DNA of 64,000 bases, taken from positions 1,931 through 65,930 of the forward strand of contig JAFQID010000029.1 of the NCBI GenBank assembly GCA_017397685.1, given 5' to 3'. Position numbers and translations under genes: made by a program. The notes beneath the pieces are model-generated. The model did no database searches. It worked only from the letters and a program-made list of their open reading frames with translations, and had not been told where the DNA came from. This document shows positions 32,404-42,897 of this stretch, piece after piece. Positions within the stretch are counted from its first letter, which is position 1. The number at the start of each line of letters is the position of its first letter. Source of the stretch: Bacilli bacterium (GTDB lineage: Bacteria > Bacillota_I > Bacilli_A > RF39 > UBA660).

Positions 32404-33843
32404 CTATTTTGACTTCTTATAAAATATTGACAAAAAATTAGGTTTCTTTCTTATAAGACCTTTATTAGCCTTATAATTAGGATTAATATTAGCATATATA
32501 GTATGAGCTAAATCAAATAATCCACCTTCCAAAATCGCATCATTTCTCTTACTTTTAGATTTATCTAATACAATCAGTGGCACTCTAGTAGAAAAATTAA
32601 TCTTACAAAGTTCATGCCTATCATTATATAACTCAGTCTCTATTCCATAAAAAGATGAAATAAATAATGCACCATTATTAGAAACTAAATAATCACCCAA
32701 AACACCAATAATTTCATCAATACTTTTAAGCCTTTCTTTCATCTCCTCAACACTTTTACAAGATTCAATCTCATAATTTAATATTATAAACTCATGATTA
32801 TATTTTGTAAATAGGGTCATAACCTTATCTTTATCATAAATAAAATTATCATCAGTAGGAATATAATTTACATTAACATCCGCATTATTTCTAAGGCCAG
32901 TTAAATAATAGTTAATATATCCGCATCTTTCCTTAGTATCAAGAACTAGTGCTTTAGCGCCTATCTCTTTGATAAAATTAGCAAAATATGTAGAAGATAA
33001 AGCAAAATTATACATAAAAGGAATCTGAACATCACATTTAACAGGAAATAAAGAATAAATCTTTAAATTATCAACATTAAATGTTTTATATTTTTGAGCA
33101 CCCAAATCTTTCCTAAAATGACCAATATCAATATTATTATAGTTATAGAAAAATATAATATCCCTCTCTTCAAGCGCAAAACCCTCATTAAGCATAAAAG
33201 TTCTCGCATCACAAGGAGCAGTTCTATTTTGAGTAAGAACACTTATCTTTTTACTTGTATCTTTCCACTTCTCACCATAATCAGTTATTAAACTTTTAAT
33301 AATATCTCTAGAAGTAAGAGTCTTATTAAAATTATTCTCACCAGATACAATACTTATTCTTAAATTATTAGAATATTCATAATTTAATTTAGTCATAACC
33401 GCTGACATATTTTTATAATCATATAAAGACTTTTGACAAAGTATTAAATGCACAACAATCTGTACATCAGGATTAATCATCATCTCTTTAATAAACATAA
33501 ATAAATGTTCAATAGTCTTATCATTTTCCCAAAAACAAAAAATATGGATTTTTCCTCCCGAAGCATTTCTAGTATCTAACATATGTTTAAAAATATTATT
33601 ATTTTTATAATCAAGTTTACTAATACTATTTTCAACAATACTATAGGTTAAAGGTTTATTAATACCAATACTAAAATTTCTATACCCACTTTTGTAATCT
33701 AATTCCGTGCACTCCATAGATGTAAACAATCCTTCTTTAGTATACCTGTCTAGATTAGGCATTAATGAAGAAGTATAAATATTATAAGAACCAGCTTGTT
33801 CAATACCAAAACCATTTATTAAAAGTAAAACATTTCTTTTCAT
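32404..33843 (-). CDS. Cofactor-independent phosphoglycerate mutase-like (alkaline-phosphatase superfamily) protein, divergent
   Basis: Its size and its N-terminus MKRNVLLLINGFGIEQAGSYNIYTSSLMPNLD resemble iPGM, but I could not verify the catalytic motifs. ATG at 33843 is preferred over 33921. Confidence 0.35.
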   Translation of the reverse strand: MKRNVLLLINGFGIEQAGSYNIYTSSLMPNLDRYTKEGLFTSMECTELDYKSGYRNFSIGINKPLTYSIVENSISKLDYKNNNIFKHMLDTRNASGGKIHIFCFWENDKTIEHLFMFIKEMMINPDVQIVVHLILCQKSLYDYKNMSAVMTKLNYEYSNNLRISIVSGENNFNKTLTSRDIIKSLITDYGEKWKDTSKKISVLTQNRTAPCDARTFMLNEGFALEERDIIFFYNYNNIDIGHFRKDLGAQKYKTFNVDNLKIYSLFPVKCDVQIPFMYNFALSSTYFANFIKEIGAKALVLDTKERCGYINYYLTGLRNNADVNVNYIPTDDNFIYDKDKVMTLFTKYNHEFIILNYEIESCKSVEEMKERLKSIDEIIGVLGDYLVSNNGALFISSFYGIETELYNDRHELCKINFSTRVPLIVLDKSKSKRNDAILEGGLFDLAHTIYANINPNYKANKGLIRKKPNFLSIFYKKSK

Positions 33844-33954
33844 ATTTCTTACCCTTTCTACACTATTAATTATAACATTATACATATAAAATATAAAGAA
33901 CATTATTATATATCTATACATTTATAAACACAAATAATCAACATCGTGTGTTGA

Positions 33955-36576
33955 TTATTTTTCTTTTTTAGAAAACTTATATATTTCCATTACCAAAATT
34001 ACAGGCACTGCAATAAAGAAAAGAATAATTAAATGTAAAAATGGAATCTCACTAGTTTGTAAAAATTGTGCAAGTACAGGTACTTCCATAAACACAATTT
34101 GTAATAAAGTTGCACCAACTATAGTAAATAATACAAAAGGATTTTTCCTAAATCCATTTACAAACACACTTTTCTTTTCACTTCTACAATTAAGAACATG
34201 CATATTTTGTAAAAACACCATAAGCATAAGAACATAACCACGAGCAATTTCAACATCAAAATTAAATAACTTAATTAAAAATACCCATACTACAAAAACC
34301 ACACACCCCATATAAAGTCCCGAAAGAAGAATTTGTTTAATCAATTCTCTATCAAATAAACTTTCCTTAGGACTTCTTGGTTTTTCATGCATCAAAGTAT
34401 CAGTTTCTCTTTCAAAAGAAAGCGCCATATCTTGAAGGCCATCAGTAACGATATTAAGCCATAAAAGTTGTATTGCAACAAGAGGAATAGGTAAATCAAA
34501 GATTATTGAACCAACAAAGAATAATACTTCAGCTAGTCCACACGAAAGAAGCATAATACTAATTTTTCTAATATTAGCATAAGCATTTCTTCCCTCTTCA
34601 ATACCCGAAACTATTGAAGTAAAATTATCATCAATAATTATCATCTTAGCAGTCTCTTTTGCAACATCAGTTCCACTTCCCATCGCAACACCAATATTAG
34701 CAACCTTTAATGCAGGAGCATCATTAACGCCGTCACCTGTAACCGCAACAAATTCTCCTTGCCTTTGTAAAGATTCTACAATTCTAAGTTTATCAAGAGG
34801 AGTAACTCTAGCAAAAACTTTTTTATCACTTATAAACTTATCAAAATCCTTATCCTTAGTATATTTACTTATATCTTCTCCAGTTACAACTTCTCCTTTA
34901 TTACTAGCAATACCAAGTTCTTTAGCAATAGCATAAGCCGTTAAAGCATGATCACCAGTTATCATAATAACTTTAATACCAGCTTTTTTACATTCATTTA
35001 CAGAAGTTAACGCTTCTTTTCTAACAGGATCAATAAATCCAACTAACCCAACAAAACATAATTTTTTTATATATTCCTCACTATATTCAGCAGCATTTTC
35101 AATTTCTCCATCACATATAGCTATTACCCTATATCCAAGTGAAGCTAGTTTTTCATTCTGCTCAAGTATAACTTTTTTATCAAGTTTAACTTCTTTACCT
35201 TCATCATACATAGAATTACAAAAACTTAAAACTGTCTCAACGGAACCCTTAACAGTACATCTAACTTGTTTTTTATTATTATAAAATACTGCAGAATATT
35301 TCTTTTCAGATTCATAGGGAATTTCATGTATTTTTTTAACCTTTAAATCATTAACTCCTAACTTATGTGCAAGAACCAAAAAAGCAACATCAATAGAATC
35401 ACCTTGATGAACCCATTTTCTTCCTTTTTTTTCAAATGCAGCTTCATTATTAATCATACCAAGCTTAGAAACATACTCAGCACTTCTTAAATCAGTCCCA
35501 TCACAAGCTTTAACCTTTCCATCTGGTTTATATCCATAACCATCTATCTCAATTTTTCCACCATTCGGAAGGAAAACAATTTTAGCGGTTTGCTCATTAA
35601 CAGTAAGCGTTCCAGTTTTATCACTAGCAATAACAGTACAACTCCCAAGACTCTCAACACTATTAAGTTTCTTTACAATTACATTCCTTTTACCCATTCT
35701 ATTAGACCCAATAGTAAGAGCCATGGTAAGCGCAAGTGGCAATCCTTCAGGCATCGCAGAAACAGATAAAGCAACAACAGATAAAAATATATCCAAAGGT
35801 TCATAATTCTTAAAAAATAAAACGCCTCCTATTACTAAAGCAACAGCAATAATAAGCATTGATATCTGTTTTGAAAACTTTTCCATTCTAACAGTAAGAG
35901 GACTTTTACTCTCAGCAGTAGTAGAAACTTTCTGAGCAATTTTACCAAGTTCAGTATTAATCCCAGTTGAAGCACAAACAGCTTTAGCCCGTCCAGTAAG
36001 AACACTTGTCCCGGCATAAACCATATATAATGATGCATCAATATAATTATTAGCATCCTTACTAACACTAATACTTTCCCCAGTTAATATTGATTCATCT
36101 ACAGTTAAATTATTTGATTCAATCAATCTTAAATCTGCACAAATTTTATCACCAGATTCAAGTACAACAATATCCCCTGGAACAATCATAGAAGATTCAA
36201 CTTGCATTTTCTTCTCATTTCTAATAACTGTGCACATAACCTTAATTAAATTTTTTAAAGCCTCAGAGTTTTTACCAGCTCTATACTCTTGAATAGTAGA
36301 AACAATACCATCAATTAATATTATTAATAAAATAGCTAATGCATCAAGTGATTCTCCACCAATAAATGATAAAACAGCTGCAACTATCAATACATAAATA
36401 ATCGGATCACAAAAAGATTTAAAAAATATTTTAAAAATCCCATCATGTTTCTCTTTCGGTAGTTCGTTTAAACCATACTTTTCCAATCTATCACTTACAT
36501 CGCCAAAATCAAGACCAGCAATAGTAGTCTTGAAACTTGAAAGAATATTTTTAATTTCATTTTCCTTTTTATTCAT
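33955..36576 (-). CDS. P-type cation-transporting ATPase (type II, Ca2+-like)
   Basis: DKTGTLT, TGES, MITGDH, TGDGVNDAPAL and ten TM segments. Confidence 0.9.
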   Translation of the reverse strand: MNKKENEIKNILSSFKTTIAGLDFGDVSDRLEKYGLNELPKEKHDGIFKIFFKSFCDPIIYVLIVAAVLSFIGGESLDALAILLIILIDGIVSTIQEYRAGKNSEALKNLIKVMCTVIRNEKKMQVESSMIVPGDIVVLESGDKICADLRLIESNNLTVDESILTGESISVSKDANNYIDASLYMVYAGTSVLTGRAKAVCASTGINTELGKIAQKVSTTAESKSPLTVRMEKFSKQISMLIIAVALVIGGVLFFKNYEPLDIFLSVVALSVSAMPEGLPLALTMALTIGSNRMGKRNVIVKKLNSVESLGSCTVIASDKTGTLTVNEQTAKIVFLPNGGKIEIDGYGYKPDGKVKACDGTDLRSAEYVSKLGMINNEAAFEKKGRKWVHQGDSIDVAFLVLAHKLGVNDLKVKKIHEIPYESEKKYSAVFYNNKKQVRCTVKGSVETVLSFCNSMYDEGKEVKLDKKVILEQNEKLASLGYRVIAICDGEIENAAEYSEEYIKKLCFVGLVGFIDPVRKEALTSVNECKKAGIKVIMITGDHALTAYAIAKELGIASNKGEVVTGEDISKYTKDKDFDKFISDKKVFARVTPLDKLRIVESLQRQGEFVAVTGDGVNDAPALKVANIGVAMGSGTDVAKETAKMIIIDDNFTSIVSGIEEGRNAYANIRKISIMLLSCGLAEVLFFVGSIIFDLPIPLVAIQLLWLNIVTDGLQDMALSFERETDTLMHEKPRSPKESLFDRELIKQILLSGLYMGCVVFVVWVFLIKLFNFDVEIARGYVLMLMVFLQNMHVLNCRSEKKSVFVNGFRKNPFVLFTIVGATLLQIVFMEVPVLAQFLQTSEIPFLHLIILFFIAVPVILVMEIYKFSKKEK

Positions 36577-36585
36577 ATTACATAC

Positions 36586-37674
36586 CTATTCACTTTGGCC
36601 AAGTTTTACATCAAAATCTTTGCTTTTACTTCCTCTCATAACCTTGACTTTAACAGTCTCGCCAGGTTCATGTTTATATAAATAATACTTTAATTCCGCT
36701 ATACTATAAATATCATATTCACCAACCTTAACAATTACATCTCCTTTTTTAAGACCAGCTTTTTCACTAGGACTATCTTCAGCAACAGACATAATTACAA
36801 CTCCAGCGGTAACAGAAGGGTCAATCTCAATACCTTCTCTTATGAAATAATAAGATGAATAAGTTAAATCTGCATACTCTATTCCTAAATAAGCTCTTTT
36901 TATTTCTCCCCCACTAACTATTTTATTCGCATAATCAAGAGCATCCTCAATAGGTATAGAAAAACCTATTCCTTCAATAGTAGTTTGAACAATTTTAATA
37001 GAATTAACTCCTACAACTTCTCCACTTACATTACAAAGAGGTCCTCCACTATTACCAGGATTTATAGCCGCATCAGTTTGCATAACATTCATAATCCAAT
37101 CATTTTGGTTACTATTAGTAACTGAAACTTCAACCATTCTGTCCTTTCCACTTAAAATACCTCTAGTTACCGTACCAGCATACTCACTATCAACTGGTGT
37201 ACCAATCGCAAAAATAGTATCACCAAGTTCTAGTTCTTGACTACTACCTATTTTAGCAACTTTTAATATTTTTTCAGGATCAACTTTAAGCACTGCAATA
37301 TCAGCATACTGATCACTTCCAACCAAAGAAGCATCTATAGTTTGACCATTAGAAAGCATTAACTTAATATTTTTAACACCATTTATTACATGATGATTAG
37401 TCATAACATAGCCTTTTTCATCGTAAACAAAACCAGAACCTAAAGTAGTAATTCCTCCCTTATCACTGCTTTGAACCGTTACAACCGCATCATAAATATT
37501 ATTAATCCCTTCAGATATACCTTCATCAGTAACAGTAACATCTTTAATAGTTTTGGTAACAGTATCAACTATAACACTAGGAAAAAAATGTATAAGTCCA
37601 TACATCCCAGCCGCACCTAAAAACACACATAAAATGCCTGTAATTACATATAAAATTGTATTGTTTTTTTTCAT
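36586..37674 (-). CDS. htrA: HtrA/DegP-family serine protease with a PDZ domain
   Basis: TNHHV, DIAVLK and GNSGGPL form the catalytic triad context, followed by a C-terminal PDZ domain. Confidence 0.9.
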   Translation of the reverse strand: MKKNNTILYVITGILCVFLGAAGMYGLIHFFPSVIVDTVTKTIKDVTVTDEGISEGINNIYDAVVTVQSSDKGGITTLGSGFVYDEKGYVMTNHHVINGVKNIKLMLSNGQTIDASLVGSDQYADIAVLKVDPEKILKVAKIGSSQELELGDTIFAIGTPVDSEYAGTVTRGILSGKDRMVEVSVTNSNQNDWIMNVMQTDAAINPGNSGGPLCNVSGEVVGVNSIKIVQTTIEGIGFSIPIEDALDYANKIVSGGEIKRAYLGIEYADLTYSSYYFIREGIEIDPSVTAGVVIMSVAEDSPSEKAGLKKGDVIVKVGEYDIYSIAELKYYLYKHEPGETVKVKVMRGSKSKDFDVKLGQSE

Positions 37675-37686
37675 TTATATCATCTC

Positions 37687-38625
37687 CTAATCTAAATAAC
37701 TTATTTCCCTAAAATTCTCAGGGAATCCCATTCTAACTAAAATTCTTTTAATGTCAATACTTTTAATTTTAGAACTAAGCCAATCCATCTCATAACAAAT
37801 TTCATTCATCATCATCTTAAAATCATCCTTGCTAAGCATTCTTTTAAGAATAATTATTAATGCAAAAATATCATTTTTTCCATAAATATATTCATCATCT
37901 TCAATAGGTATACCCAGCTCACAATGATAAGTCGTATTACCGATAGACTTTTGTGTAATATGATTATATAAAATATCTTCATGTGCACATAAATTTCTAT
38001 AATTAGAAAGAACAGATAAATAATCTTCAAAATCACAAGAAGATATATTATAATAACTAGAAATTTCATCTTTGTCTTCACTTTTTAAAATACTAAACAT
38101 TTCACTTATTATACCAAAACTCAAAACTTTGATACTAACCCATAAAGGAAGATAACCATAATTATTAATATAATGACTTGTTGCTTGATGTTGACCACCA
38201 TTAATCCTAATTTGTCTTTTTAACTTTCTAATCAAATCATTTATCTGTCTAGTTTTATCTTTACTTCTATCAAAATTATTAACATCTAAATAATTCTTTT
38301 CTTTATAACCATATTTACCACTCATTACATAACTAAATATAGATTTATAATTATTTTCAACAATTAAAATATTTTTAAAAATAATATTTCTAAAAAACCT
38401 GTCAAAAGTAAATAATGCATACAGCTCTTCAAAAGTCGCACCAGAAACAAACTTTTTAGAACCATTAATTAAAAAAGGAGAACGATAACCATTAATAAAG
38501 AAATAATTCTCTCTAAGTAAAATTTCTTTAGTCTTATCATAATCATTAATAATTAAATTTTTACTCTTAAGAATTTCTATTTGCTCATCTAAAGTTTTAA
38601 ATGTTTTAGCAGCCATAGACTTCAC
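37687..38625 (-). CDS. Abi-like protein (Abi_2 / AbiD-AbiF family)
   Basis: The N-terminus FKTLDEQIEILKSKNLIINDYDKTKEILLRENYFFINGY and the motif LSNYRNLCAHEDILYN are typical of the family. Confidence 0.7.
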   Translation of the reverse strand: MKSMAAKTFKTLDEQIEILKSKNLIINDYDKTKEILLRENYFFINGYRSPFLINGSKKFVSGATFEELYALFTFDRFFRNIIFKNILIVENNYKSIFSYVMSGKYGYKEKNYLDVNNFDRSKDKTRQINDLIRKLKRQIRINGGQHQATSHYINNYGYLPLWVSIKVLSFGIISEMFSILKSEDKDEISSYYNISSCDFEDYLSVLSNYRNLCAHEDILYNHITQKSIGNTTYHCELGIPIEDDEYIYGKNDIFALIIILKRMLSKDDFKMMMNEICYEMDWLSSKIKSIDIKRILVRMGFPENFREISYLD

Positions 38626-38732
38626 TCTCCTATTAACTATAATAAATTATATCATTTTTATAAAAACATTAAAAGGATTTTCACCAAACTTTCTCAGAAA
38701 AAATTGTAAAAAAAAGAAGTTTATTAACCTCT

Positions 38733-39062
38733 CTATCCTAGTTTATCACCATTTTTAACCTTAATATCTGGAACAACTAAAACTACTCCTTGATCACTAT
38801 AAGTTCCAAGTACTAAAACCTCTGATATGAAATCAGCAATTTGTTTTGGCGGGAAATTAACAACTGCGAACACTTGCTTACCAACTAAATCACTAACTTC
38901 ATATACCTTAGTTATTTGAGCAGAAGACTTTTTAATACCAATTTCTTCACCAAAATCAATTTCAAGTTTATAAGCTGGCCTAATAGCTTTTTCATTTATA
39001 CATGCATTAATTATAGTACCAACTCTAATATCAACTTTCATAAAATCATCAAACGTTATCAT
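38733..39062 (-). CDS. tRNA-binding-domain protein (CsaA-like)
   Basis: 109 aa: FMKVDIRVGTIINA...KLEIDFGEEIGIKKSSAQI. Confidence 0.7.
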   Translation of the reverse strand: MITFDDFMKVDIRVGTIINACINEKAIRPAYKLEIDFGEEIGIKKSSAQITKVYEVSDLVGKQVFAVVNFPPKQIADFISEVLVLGTYSDQGVVLVVPDIKVKNGDKLG

Positions 39063-39083
39063 TATTAACCTCCTATAATTTTA

Positions 39084-39674
39084 TTATAACTTATTAACAT
39101 TAAGTTTTCCACAGTTTCTAAATTTGTTTTTACCATACGAAAACTTTTTAACATTAATATCACTCGGCAAAATACTAACATCTAAAAACCAATCTTTAAT
39201 ATTAACAAGTAATTTTTCATCCCCATTACATACCAAATAATAAGGAGATAAATCACTCAAAACATCAGCAGTTTCAATAGGATATATAGCCTCAGGAGAA
39301 AATCCTCCAATAAAAAAATCAATTAAAAACTCTAATTTATTCATCTTTTTTTCTCTAGTTAACACATAAATATCAAAGTTACCATAATATTCACGTAAAA
39401 CTTCGTTATAAGAACTATGTTTATTTTTATACTTTTTCTTATCAAGCTCAACTCTCATATGCAAGCAAGGTAAATGTTCTTGATTATTAAGCAAACTATC
39501 AACACTCATACCAAACACTTTAGATAGTTCCTTTAAATTACTTACATCAGGTAGTCCCATATCACTTTCCCATTTAGTAATTGCTTGTCTAGAAACTTTC
39601 ATAATATTAGCTAGTTGTTCTTGAGAAAAACCAAAACTCTTTCTTATATTTTTTAATTTTTGTCCAAAAGTCAT
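39084..39674 (-). CDS. XRE-family HTH protein
   Basis: LKNIRKSFGFSQEQLANIMKVSRQAITKWESDMGLPD. Confidence 0.8.
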   Translation of the reverse strand: MTFGQKLKNIRKSFGFSQEQLANIMKVSRQAITKWESDMGLPDVSNLKELSKVFGMSVDSLLNNQEHLPCLHMRVELDKKKYKNKHSSYNEVLREYYGNFDIYVLTREKKMNKLEFLIDFFIGGFSPEAIYPIETADVLSDLSPYYLVCNGDEKLLVNIKDWFLDVSILPSDINVKKFSYGKNKFRNCGKLNVNKL

Positions 39675-39770
39675 ACCATCCCTTCTTTCAAATATAATAA
39701 TACTAAAAATACTTATAAATATCTAGAACTTTTTAGCTACTTTTAGTAGCAATTAAAAAAGCCCTAAGGC

Positions 39771-40847
39771 TTAATTAGCAGTACAATTAACAGTTTTTGT
39801 TTTTTTACAAATATCTCCAGACTTAGTATATCCACTAGGACAAACCTTAGTAGTTTTTTTACTCACGGTTTTAACACACCAACTCTTACCCTTAGAATCT
39901 TTGTAATCAACCTCAGCATCATCCCATGTATCACATTGCCTTATGTTCGCATCAACCTTAGTAGATAATTTAATACACACAGTTTTAGAAGAATTATACC
40001 AAGGTGTATACAATGTAGAACCACTAGGACAAGTAGTTTTTTTAACTAAACTAGTAGTCACAACTTTAGTACAAGTCTTGCCATCTTCACTAGGAGTACA
40101 ATCTTTTGGGCAAGTATAAGGTTCCTTCCATAAAGCTTTAATTGTCATATTTTCACTTAAAATAGTATCCGAATTAACACTATTACCATTACTATCAACC
40201 CATCCAGCAAAAACATAACCTTCTTTAGTAGGATTAATAGGTAACAAAATCTTACCTTTTTCAATAACTATACTATCAATTAAGTTGCCACCATCAGTAT
40301 CAAAAGATACACTAACAGTTTCAGCATCAACACTTATCCATAAAGCCTTAAAAACCATATTTTTATCAACAATCATATTTTCATTTATTAACTTACCCTC
40401 TTCATTAATCCAACCAATAAATATATAACCTTCACGAACCGGATCAACGGGCAATAAAATGGTACCATCTTTTAAAACAACAATATTTTCTATTTCAAAA
40501 AGTCCATCAGTATCAAAAACAACCTCATTCTTTTCAGCAGAATCACTTATCCATTCTGCTTTTAAAGTTAAATCTTCACTAATTTTACTACCGGAAGTAA
40601 TAATCTTACCTTCTTTATTAGACCAACCAACAAAAGTATGACCTTCTTTTTTAGGAGCATCTGGTAATTTCACTATCTCCCCATTCTTTACTTCAATACT
40701 GGGTACCTCACTCCCACCATTACTATCTAGTGTAATAGTATAAGTTTTCTCCCTAAAGAAAAACAAATACCCAACTAATAAAAGCAAAATAACAACAACT
40801 ATAATTAAAATAACAATTAATTTATTTTTATTCTTCATACTCTTCAC
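39771..40847 (-). CDS. Membrane-anchored protein with Listeria-Bacteroides (Flg_new) repeats and a Cys-rich tail
   Basis: Three repeats of the type DSNGGSEV..LP..P.KEGH.FVGW, with an N-terminal TM helix. Confidence 0.7.
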   Translation of the reverse strand: MKSMKNKNKLIVILIIVVVILLLLVGYLFFFREKTYTITLDSNGGSEVPSIEVKNGEIVKLPDAPKKEGHTFVGWSNKEGKIITSGSKISEDLTLKAEWISDSAEKNEVVFDTDGLFEIENIVVLKDGTILLPVDPVREGYIFIGWINEEGKLINENMIVDKNMVFKALWISVDAETVSVSFDTDGGNLIDSIVIEKGKILLPINPTKEGYVFAGWVDSNGNSVNSDTILSENMTIKALWKEPYTCPKDCTPSEDGKTCTKVVTTSLVKKTTCPSGSTLYTPWYNSSKTVCIKLSTKVDANIRQCDTWDDAEVDYKDSKGKSWCVKTVSKKTTKVCPSGYTKSGDICKKTKTVNCTAN

Positions 40848-40898
40848 CCATTAATATATTATCACAAAACGATCACAATAACCATACAAAAAAACAAA

Positions 40899-41366
40899 TT
40901 ACACAATATTAAAACAATATTCTTTTATTCCGTCCTTATACAAACTATCAACAATCTTTGTTAACTTCCAGTTATACTTAACAATTATTTTTTCAAACAT
41001 AAATAATTTATCTTCATTAAATGTTATTATTGGTTTTTTTGTTCCCAAAATATTAAAAGATTCCTCTAAAAGCATAGTTCCAACACCTTTTTTCCTATAT
41101 TCTTCACAAACATACAAAGTACAAATCTTCTTTTCATTATCTTCCATTTTCAAAAAACTCACTCCAATAATTTTAGAGTTTTCATTCTTTATAAATAAAA
41201 TATCTCTAAATCTAGAAAAACAACCATTAACTTGTTTATTATAAAACCATTCTTTATACCTAGGATAATCTTCATTTAAATGTTCAACTATACTATAAAT
41301 TTCATTTATTATCTTTACATCTTCAGCATCATCAAATAAATAATTTTTAATACTATCTAAAATCAT
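40899..41366 (-). CDS. GNAT-family N-acetyltransferase
   Basis: LYVCEEYRKKGVGTMLLEE (acetyl-CoA-binding motif A). Confidence 0.75.
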   Translation of the reverse strand: MILDSIKNYLFDDAEDVKIINEIYSIVEHLNEDYPRYKEWFYNKQVNGCFSRFRDILFIKNENSKIIGVSFLKMEDNEKKICTLYVCEEYRKKGVGTMLLEESFNILGTKKPIITFNEDKLFMFEKIIVKYNWKLTKIVDSLYKDGIKEYCFNIV

Positions 41367-41368
41367 AA

Positions 41369-41773
41369 TTACTCTCTAAACCTCAATAATCCACATAAAG
41401 GCTCCTTCTCACTAATATATCGATAAAACTGAGGAATAACAAATTTATTATCAACACTTCTAATCTCATCTAACTCAATAGGATTTTTAAACCTATAATA
41501 ATTATTAATATGTAAAGCAAAACATTCTTTAGAACCAATAAAATAATCAACTATATCTTTATTATCAAAATAATTAGTTTCATTTAAAATATAATCTAAA
41601 TCACCTTTTAAAATCCTATCAACAACCATATACCCAACTATAGCTTTTTCATTCTCAGAAGAATAAATATATATTTTTTTATTACAATTTTTATCACCAA
41701 TACTTTTTCTACGAAACTCATATTTCTTTTTCCCAGAAAAAATCTCATTAGCATATTTAGTTTTTATAGACAT
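41369..41773 (-). CDS. ASCH-domain protein
   Basis: MSIKTKYANEIFSGKKKYEFRR resembles the ASCH N-terminal signature. Confidence 0.55.
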   Translation of the reverse strand: MSIKTKYANEIFSGKKKYEFRRKSIGDKNCNKKIYIYSSENEKAIVGYMVVDRILKGDLDYILNETNYFDNKDIVDYFIGSKECFALHINNYYRFKNPIELDEIRSVDNKFVIPQFYRYISEKEPLCGLLRFRE

Positions 41774-41812
41774 TAACAACATTTCTTTCTCCTTATTATT
41801 AGATATAATTGA

Positions 41813-42013
41813 TTATTTTAAACTCTTAATATAATTAATACCAAACTTATCCAAATTTGATACTTTAATACGTTCTTTTTTTAAAGCTTCACTAACAGTT
41901 TCTACAAAGCCATTTTCATACTTTACAACAATATAATCATTTTTCAAACAATCCCAAAAATAAATATATTCTTCATCTTCATAAAAACTTTCAAGGGGCT
42001 TCAGCACAAACAA
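41813..42013 (-). CDS. Hypothetical protein, 66 aa
   Basis: ORF only. It overlaps the upstream gene by 23 nt. Confidence 0.35.
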   Translation of the reverse strand: MFVLKPLESFYEDEEYIYFWDCLKNDYIVVKYENGFVETVSEALKKERIKVSNLDKFGINYIKSLK

Positions 42014-42266
42014 AATCTTTCATATCAGTGCTTTTATCAACAATTATAAAATTATCATAAAAAGTACACGAATAACTAAAACCCTTAATAACAGCATCAT
42101 GAATACCATTACCACAATGATAAGTATCAACTAATATACCTTCTCTTTTGCTGCCTCTTGTTTCAATACCAATAAAAGTATTTCTATCAAAAATTAATGC
42201 TTGAATTGAATCTAGTAATATAATACCTAATAAAACCAAAAAAATAATTACTACTTTATTTTTCAT
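41991..42266 (-). CDS. Hypothetical secreted or membrane protein, 91 aa
   Basis: N-terminal hydrophobic signal KVVIIFLVLLGIILL. Confidence 0.45.
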   Translation of the reverse strand: MKNKVVIIFLVLLGIILLDSIQALIFDRNTFIGIETRGSKREGILVDTYHCGNGIHDAVIKGFSYSCTFYDNFIIVDKSTDMKDFVCAEAP

Positions 42267-42277
42267 ATAAACCTCAC

Positions 42278-42751
42278 TTATATTTTTTTAATCTTTTTAT
42301 ATGCTCCATCTGTTTTACAATCATAAGTTTTAATCGTTCTATCCTCTAGAAAAGCCCCTTCATAATTAACAAACATAGCAGGTAAATTATTAATATCAGC
42401 CCATAACAATTCTTCACATTTATCATATTCAACAATTTTAGGAATACCTACATATGTTCTAACCTCAAAATAAAAATCAATATATGGTTGGATTCTTTTG
42501 CCTTCAATATCAAAATAATTTCTTCTTAAAACTACATAATCATTAATTATATCATCAATATTAATTTCAATTCCTAGCTCCTCTTTAGCTTCTCTAAATA
42601 AAGCATCGTATTGATTTTCCCCTACATCAATATGCCCAGCAGGTAACGCATAATACCCAGGCCATAAATTAGTACCTTTTCTTTTTTGCAATAATATTTT
42701 ATTATCCCTCATTAAAATTAAATGCACAGCACTTTTAAAATTTTCTTTCAT
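42278..42751 (-). CDS. NUDIX hydrolase
   Basis: Nudix box GHIDVGENQYDALFREAKEELGIE. Confidence 0.85.
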   Translation of the reverse strand: MKENFKSAVHLILMRDNKILLQKRKGTNLWPGYYALPAGHIDVGENQYDALFREAKEELGIEINIDDIINDYVVLRRNYFDIEGKRIQPYIDFYFEVRTYVGIPKIVEYDKCEELLWADINNLPAMFVNYEGAFLEDRTIKTYDCKTDGAYKKIKKI

Positions 42752-42897
42752 ATATTCTCCAAAATATAATTATTACTTATTTCACAATTTTTTATTTTAT
42801 CTTAACAGTAAAACTATTATGAATTTCAAAATACTTTATCAAAACTGTATATGCTAATTATACACCAAAAACTCCAAGATATCTTATTTTTTTATAA

